Part shown: positions 57,171 to 64,000 of the stretch, piece after piece | Layout of the letters: each line of letters opens with the position of its first letter | How positions within the stretch are numbered: position 1 is the stretch's first letter | Assembly (NCBI GenBank): GCA_950097015.1 | Contig: CATNEN010000041.1 | Coordinates: forward strand, 186,001 to 250,000 | Direction of reading: 5' to 3' | DNA length: 64,000 nucleotides | Origin: Macrostomum hystrix | Lineage: Eukaryota; Animalia; Platyhelminthes | The notes under the pieces: model-generated | What the model was told of the DNA's origin: nothing | What the model saw: the letters and a program-made list of their open reading frames with translations, nothing else | Databases searched by the model: none | Program-made: the position numbers and the translations under genes

Positions 57171-59483
57171 GTTATCAAATGCTATAATTAAGCATTAAAA
57201 CATTTTTACTTCTTATGATTATATTTCTTTCTGTTTATTTTTACTTCTAATAAAATGAGTTGCTTGGTTTTTACTATGCTTAAAGTAGATACAATTAGTA
57301 ATGATCTTAACAGTAAACTTGTATTACAGAAAATTAAAAGGCCTCTGTCAGTGTGTTTGGTTGCTCACTCCTAGCTATATGGCTGGCTTATAACTTTACT
57401 GACTGGCTGGTAAACTCTGATGTTTTTTTACAGAAAGTCATTTTGATGGGTAAGAAAAAATATATGAGACCTTCAAAAAGCAGAAAAATGTTTTCCCTTT
57501 TCTTATATAAAATATTACAGGTGATAGAGCACATTTGTACATTGTAACTGCCATTGCAGTTTTGTGTGACATTAGGCTATGATGCAAGTCAGCTGAAATC
57601 TATTTTTACAATAAATCAATGTTTACATTGGACTGCTACATGTCAGGTTGGGATACACCAATTCAAGTGATGTCAACAAAAGAAGAATATATAGCATTTT
57701 AATTGTTTCTAGTCAAATTGATATTGAGTTGTACGCTTTTTGCACATTGCTACTAGAAATTTGCAAGGTCTGAGGATTATGCAGTTTTTGGGGTTTGCGC
57801 AGTGGCTGGCTACTACATAAATTTAAAGCTAATTTATTCAGAAAATTATATTGACAGAAATATATAGACAGAACACTCTAGTTATTTTTAATTAAAAAAG
57901 TATTTAGCTACTTTTAAAAAAAATATAAAATAAAAGTTTATATTGCAATATGGTGCTGCATGATACAAACATTTTTAGTAGGTTTGCTCAATTAAGCTCA
58001 AATTATGTAGCTAGCTATGAAAATTAGCATTATGGTTTAGTCTAAATTATACATACAAAAGAGTGCACACTACGGATATAACCATATTTTTCATTGCTAT
58101 ACTTCTGCATTTGTTTATAGATTGGTGGGTACATTTTAATTTAATACCAGTCTAAAATCATCAAGCTATTTAATGAAAGAGGAACAAATTTATTTGTGAA
58201 ATATATAATGTAGACATTCTAAGGAAACTTGTTTATTATTAAATTTGGCAATAATTAATAGCCTAGTTAATCTAAGCAGTTCTTGTTTACATTTAGATGC
58301 TTTGATTGACATTGGCATTGATTAAGCAAATAATATTAGCTTTTTCTCAATAAATTATAAGCATCTTACCTATGCGATTATTATAGGCCTATTTGCATTT
58401 CCACTTTCTTGTTACAAATATTTTGTACATTTAAGAAATATTAAATTGTTTTTTTTTTTCAAATTATGAGCTATTTTCAATAAAACAGTGATTCTTTAGG
58501 AATGAGAATTGTAATTTTAAAACATTAGTTTTTTTACATTAGCATTTTTTTGTGCTTTTGGTTTCTATATAAATTTCTTGGTCTCTTTTTGGCCAATATC
58601 GGGTTTGCAAAGTTCCAGAGTCTCAAAAATGACAATTGTACTTTATATTGAATCAAACATTTTGAGAAAGCAACCAAAAATATAACTTTGTCAAGTATCC
58701 ATATCATTAAAATTATTTCCTTTCTCAACTTTTAATCAAAATACATTTCTGACATTACTACAATGTGTTTGTTATATATATATTTTTTATTGCACTATTA
58801 GCTGTATAGACCTAACTAATTTATCTGTTTAGAATGAATGCATTTAGAAGGATCTGTTCAGAATGAATAAATGAAAAATGAATGCATTTATTAGGCATAA
58901 ACTCATATTTGTTTATATATTTTCTGGTTCCTCACAGAGGACAGCCTCTTAAAAGTTTAATGCAGAATCATTTTATTTCTGTCTTTATTACCACATATGT
59001 GTCATATCTTTTATGAACTTTCACATAGCAATAAATAAAATACAAGCTAGAAACCTTTTGTATTAAAAATAATGATGCTCATTGCAAAACACTTTGAATA
59101 TCCTGTTAGTTCATTAAATAGAGCTTAGTAAGTTAGGATACCATTTAATTCAAATATAATTCTTCATTTATGCATTAAATGTACAATCAATCAAAAGATA
59201 AGCATTCACTTTGAGCAGTTGTGTAAACATATTCTAATGCTATTTTCACTGAGTAGTATATTTGTGGTAACGTTACAATAAGTGAGTGTTATATGCATGG
59301 TATTAACATCTCACAAAATCACAAAGCATCAATGAAAAGCAGGCATCGACAGCCGTTAAAGATCTAATAAAACTTCTGGTTAAAACCCTTTCACACACAT
59401 TCTCAATGTAACTGTCTGAGGGTGCCCTGCCAGAGGGTGCAGTCAGTCTTGGACATCGAAGCAGCAGTTTTCCAACAAGCAGG

Positions 59484-60203
59484 TCAGAGAGTCGTGACCT
59501 TCTGCTTCTCAGTGGCCGCCTTGGCCGTCGTCTCTTCCTTGACTGCCGTCGCGCCCGCGGTCGCCTCCTCGATGGCTAGCGGCGCCGACACTGCGGCCAC
59601 GTCCTCGGCCATGCGGGCCAGACTGCTGACTATGCTGAACTGCCGGCTCTGCTTTCTCTTTGCGCCTATCGATAAAGCCGGCCACCCAGCCCTTCAACCG
59701 GTGCGCCACCACGTAGATGACTATCGGCGCTGGGGTCAGGATGGCAGCGGCCAGCGGCAGCACCGTGGCCAGGTCGGACGTTGGCGGCTCGCAGGCCGAA
59801 CGCACGGCCGGAATGGCGATGAGGCAGGCGGAGGCGGCGGCCTCGGCGGCCATGGCCTTCCGTCTCGGCTTGGCCTGCTTGGCCGCCAGTCCGGCCAGGC
59901 CGCCCGCGCTGAAGCCGATGCCTATGAAGACGAGGACGCAGCAGAGCGCCCGGGCGTCCAGGTGGTCGATGGCGTAATGGTTGATGTAGATGCCCAGCGT
60001 CACCATGAGGATGGCGGCCAGCAGCAGCAGGGGCCTGCCAGCCCAGTTCAGCGCTGCCTGGGCCAGGCTGGGCCGGCAGGTGGCCAGCAGGGCGCCAGTC
60101 AGCTGAGCGCCCAGCAGCGGCAGCAGCCACAGGGCAGCCCTGTGCAGCCGCATGCGGAAGCCAAGCCAGCTGGAGAGCAGGGCCAGCCAGGCCGGGCAGA
60201 GGC
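59484..60203 (-). CDS. SLC10 (bile acid:Na+ symporter family)-like transporter, terminal exon (probable frameshift near 59630)
   Basis: Series of TM helices: LPLLGAQL.G, GF..GGL.GL, RKAMAAE, ..LPL; CAG acceptor, phase 1. Confidence 0.72.
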
Positions 60204-60319
60204 CTGCGGCGAAAACGTTGGTTTGCGGCCCGAAATTAGCTTGGGCCAGTTGGAATGCGCACTAGTGACTACTGGCCTGTTCGGCCTGTTAGTAGGCTGT
60301 TTGAAACCTCGAATCTGTA

Positions 60320-60700
60320 GGAATGCCCCCCCAGTTTGCAGGGAGTCTATAGGGATGCCCCCTGTTTGCAGGGAGTCTATAGGGATGGCCCCAGTTTGCA
60401 GGAAGTCTATGGGGATGGCCCCAGTTTGCAGGGAGTCTATAGGGATGGCCCCAGTTTGCAGGGAGTCTGTAGGGATGGCCCCAGTTTGCAGGGAGTCTGT
60501 AGGGATGGCCCCAGTTTGCAGGGAGTCTATAGGGATGGCCCCAGTTTTGCAGGGAGTCTATAGGGATGCCCCCAGTTTGCAGGGAGTCTGTAGGGATGCC
60601 CCCAGTTTGCAGGGAGTCTGTAGGGATGCCCCCAGTTTGCAGGGAGTCTATAGGGATGCCCCCAGTTTGCAGGGAGTCTGTAGGGATGCCCCCAGTTTGC
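60320..60700. repeat. 30-bp intronic minisatellite (CCCCAGTTTGCAGGGAGTCTATAGGGATGC)
   Basis: About 12 copies. Confidence 0.94.
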
Positions 60701-60791
60701 TGGAACTCAGCCAGCCAGGCCCATTGCAAAACTTCAGGAAGGCCCTGCCAGCCTGCCTCGCCCCATCCTGCCGTGTTCCCCCCGTACTCAC

Positions 60792-60963
60792 CCAGATTGA
60801 GCAGGGCGTTCATCAGCGAGATTGCAGCGGACAGATTCCTGTCCCCCTCCATCAGGTAGACAGTTAGATGGGCCAGACCGCCACCTGGCATGGTTGCTAT
60901 GGCAACGAGGCCCAGGCCAGTGTCCTCCTCCAGGCCGAACAGTTTGTACAGGCCGAGGGCAGT
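60792..60963 (-). CDS. SLC10-like transporter internal exon (upstream exons unresolved, probably up to ~61460 or beyond)
   Basis: LGLVAIATMPGGGLAHLTVYLMEGDRNLSAAISLMNALLNLG matches the SLC10 PGG...GD..LS signature; GTGAGT donor, phase 1. Confidence 0.8.
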
Positions 60964-61549
60964 CTGTGTATGACAATGTCATGGTCAGAATCTAAGTTGA
61001 AGGTTTGTTCAAAATGAATTTCACACACAGTATTAACCCTAAGCCGGTAGAAAGCTTTGCCATCGTTAAGCAATCTGTTCGCTGTGTGGAAGTGGAGTTT
61101 CGGACTGAAATTCCGCTCCAACAGGCTGCAATGGGAGTATCAGGTTTTGATATCAGGGCGGCCGTATCGGAATCCGAGTGGTCCGGGTTTTCTGGTGCCT
61201 TCAGGGAATTGAAATGGAAATGGGGAATGTCGCCCCTCCATGCACAAACTGCCAGCAAGCGTTTGGCCTTTCGACATTGGCGTGCGCGGCAGCTCCTGAA
61301 GATCGCGAGTTGCGAAGGCCGCCCCCAGCCTGCCCCAGTGCCGGCTGCTCTCAAATGCGTAAAGTTGCAAAGGGACAGAATGAATGGGTCCGGGGCGTGA
61401 CTTTCGCCTTGCTCTTCGGGACTCTCCTGGTCAATTATTACATCCACAGCCCAATGCATGTGAACAGAGCGTGCCTAATGCCCTATGGCTCTGATCCCTG
61501 TCTGACCCAGGCCCTGGACCGATATCTCCTGCCCCTTCCCGATTTCCCA

Positions 61550-62045
61550 CCTGCTCCATCTCTGTCTGTTCGACCCGCTCCATCTCTGTCTGTTCGACCC
61601 GCTCCATCTCTGTCTGTCCGACCCGCTCCATCTCTGTCTGTCCGACCCGCTCCATCTCTGTCTGTCCGACCCGCTCCATCTCTGTCTGTCCGACCCGCTC
61701 CATCTCTGTCTGTCCGACCCGCTCCATCTCTGTCTGTCCGACCCGCTCCATCTCTGTCTCTCCACCCGCTCCATCTCTGTCTGTCCGACCCGCTCCATCT
61801 CTGTCTCTCCACCCGCTCCATCTCTGTCTCTCCACCTGCTCCATCTCTGTCTCTCCCAGCCGCTCCATCTCTGTCTCTCCCAGCCGCTCCATCTCTGTCT
61901 CTCCCAGCCGCTCCATCTCTGTCTCTCCCAGCCGCTCCATCTCTGTCTCTCCCAGCCGCTCCATCTCTGTCTCTCCCAGCCGCTCCATCTCTGTCTCTCC
62001 CAGCCGCTCCATCTCTGTCTCTCCCAGCCGCTCCATCTCTGTCTC
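61550..62045. repeat. 24-bp minisatellite (CCGACCCGCTCCATCTCTGTCTGT grading to CCCAGCCGCTCCATCTCTGTCTCT)
   Basis: About 20 copies in two variant blocks. Confidence 0.94.
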
Positions 62046-64000
62046 CCACCGCTTCCACTCCATTTGTCACTTCTTTTATATTTTTCCTATAGAATTCGAA
62101 GGATAGAGCTAACAATGCTCTAAAAGGCATGGCGCTGCGCCCTTCATCCGTTTTAAATAGAACCCGTGCTAGATAAGTGAGCTGAATCCCTTCGCTACAG
62201 TCCTCACCGGGCTTGCCAACGGCAAAGCGAGGATGCTGTGAGAAGCGTTTGCGCGGGCTTCGCTCTTATTGTGCAATTTTTTTTCTAACAAAAATGGGTC
62301 GCGCGCAGCTCTCGCTGAAGTGGCCGGAGTCAGCGCTGGCGCATGACAATTAGTTGCACTTTTTCACAAGGAGAGGAGGACACGGCCTGTGTCCCCATTG
62401 AAGTGGCGTGCTAATCCCTGCTCCAGCCGTTAATTGCGCGCGCGCGCGCGTTTGTTTCGGGATTTCTTTCTCTTGACTCTTCCCTGCATCCCCCGAGGAA
62501 ATCAGCTTGCCGCGCAGTCCGGGATGACGCTGACGCATGCGGCGCTCCTCAGTGTTGTTTCCGCGGCAATGCTGGGGGCTTTTGATGCCGCGAATCCCCG
62601 GAGCGGAGGGTGAGAGATGTTTTGCAGAATTTCTGACAGCCCTGCCTTCCCAAGCCATCTGTCAAATCCCAGATGGAGCTGGAAGCAAATGAGGGCGGGA
62701 GAAAACGGCTCGGGAGATGAGAGAGAAGAATGAGGAAGGCGGCGGAATCTGGCTTTGCGATTTCGAGATTCCGGGATCTGATCTGTGGGCGGTGCGTTTG
62801 GCCACGGCAGACAGTCGATTGGAAACACAAGAAGAGAGAAAGTTCGGCCTCTGTGATGCTGCTCAATGCGTACCACTGGAGCAGCTCAGGCGTTTGAAGA
62901 ATGAAGGGGATAAGCTCACGAGGCTGGCAGGGGCCTTGATTTTCCTTGCTGTCTTCAGAGGCCTCAGAGAAGGCATTTGCTCTCCATTCTTCTATAACCT
63001 ACAGCCTCGATTAGCTCGCAATTTCTGGGGCTGTGGAGGCTTTGCTAAAAGTTTCCCCGACATTTCTGGCGCAGGCAAAGCTGCCCTGCCCTCCTTGGCA
63101 GTTATTGTTCAGCCTCTAATCCCTTTCTCTATCTCTCGGCTGGCCAGCTCACTCTGCGATTTTCCTCGTCATTTCCAGTTGCGGTCCCGACTGTGGGGAC
63201 TCGCAGCCATTAGTGCCGGCCACCGGTAATTGGATTTCCGCGGCGCCCGCCCTGTCCCCTGCCCGCGGGGCCACTGTGATTAAGTGCGAATGCCAGAAAA
63301 TTGTGCAACTCCGGGCTGGGCTGCGCGACAGTCGCACTCGCCTGTGTGTCGGCTCCAGAGGGCATAAGAAACTGACCGGCTCGCGAAGCACCCCCGCCCG
63401 CTCATCGCGTCCCATCCATTATCTTGCTGCTGTGCGATCTTGGACAGTTGCCCCCCTCAGTGTCCGGGTTGGGCAGCGCAGTGTTATAACAAAAACTGAG
63501 GCAAATATTCTTGCCGCTCTGGCTTGATCATTTTCGCTTTTGTTTTATTATTAAGTTAGCTTTAGGCCTCAAACTCAATGACACTTAAAGGGGCCAGTGC
63601 AGCTACACTGGGCAAACTGACAACTCAATGTGATTGGCCTGCTCGAGTATGCCCCTTCCATTTCGATCTGAGCTCTCTAGCCCTTTATTTGTATGGCTTT
63701 AAAAATAATTTTAGGCTGTCCACTTCAGTTGGCCTGCCTATCGAAGCTATTTACATGAGCCCTGTGCCTGAATTATCGGTGCCCCTGAGGACTTTTGAAC
63801 AGGTTTTGCCATGAGGAACTAACTCCCCTCTCCTGAGAGCAAAACTGAGATAGGATCATAGGTGCTTGGATTAAAACTGGAGGGTGTGATTAACCCGCTA
63901 AGACTTTCCACTTTAGAATGGCCCAACGCACCGGGGGCAGCAGCGCGTGCTGCACCAGCAGGCAGCAGACGAGACCCAGCGGGCTGGTGAAATGCGGCCG

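Noticed and set aside
59422-60867. 481-aa plus-strand ORF
   Set aside because: Antisense shadow of GC-rich SLC10 exons plus a 30-bp array
62350-64000. Short ORFs at the window end
   Set aside because: No recognisable domain or consistent splice signals; could hold SLC10 5' exons or promoter but this is unsupported

Overview
This is eukaryotic (animal) genomic DNA. It has GT-AG spliced genes with GC-rich exons, and almost every intron is filled by its own minisatellite. The style suggests a free-living flatworm such as Macrostomum, but that is inference only. Genes, left to right: (1) a DTD2/ATD-like D-aminoacyl-tRNA deacylase with mosaic motifs; (2) a 4-exon RDH13-like SDR whose catalytic Tyr is replaced by His; (3) two exons of an unidentified gene; (4) a PALS1/MPP5/stardust-like MAGUK; (5) a tandem paralogue of it with PDZ-SH3-GuK only and the same intron phases; (6) a secreted protein with a 16-aa tandem repeat, WxxW-like segments and a possible GPI tail; (7) a divergent SLC10 transporter on the minus strand. 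Mobile elements: a nearly intact piggyBac, a complete young LTR retrotransposon with an atypical PBS, a Mag-type Gypsy element lacking its 5' LTR, a truncated RTE-type LINE, a tRNA-derived SINE and a 57-bp hairpin micro-element. There is also a ~1.93-kb tandem duplication. Most long ORFs in the supplied track are artefacts of tandem repeats. Several genes carry single-base homopolymer frameshifts that are probably long-read consensus errors. Family assignments come from remembered motif similarity; no database search was run.
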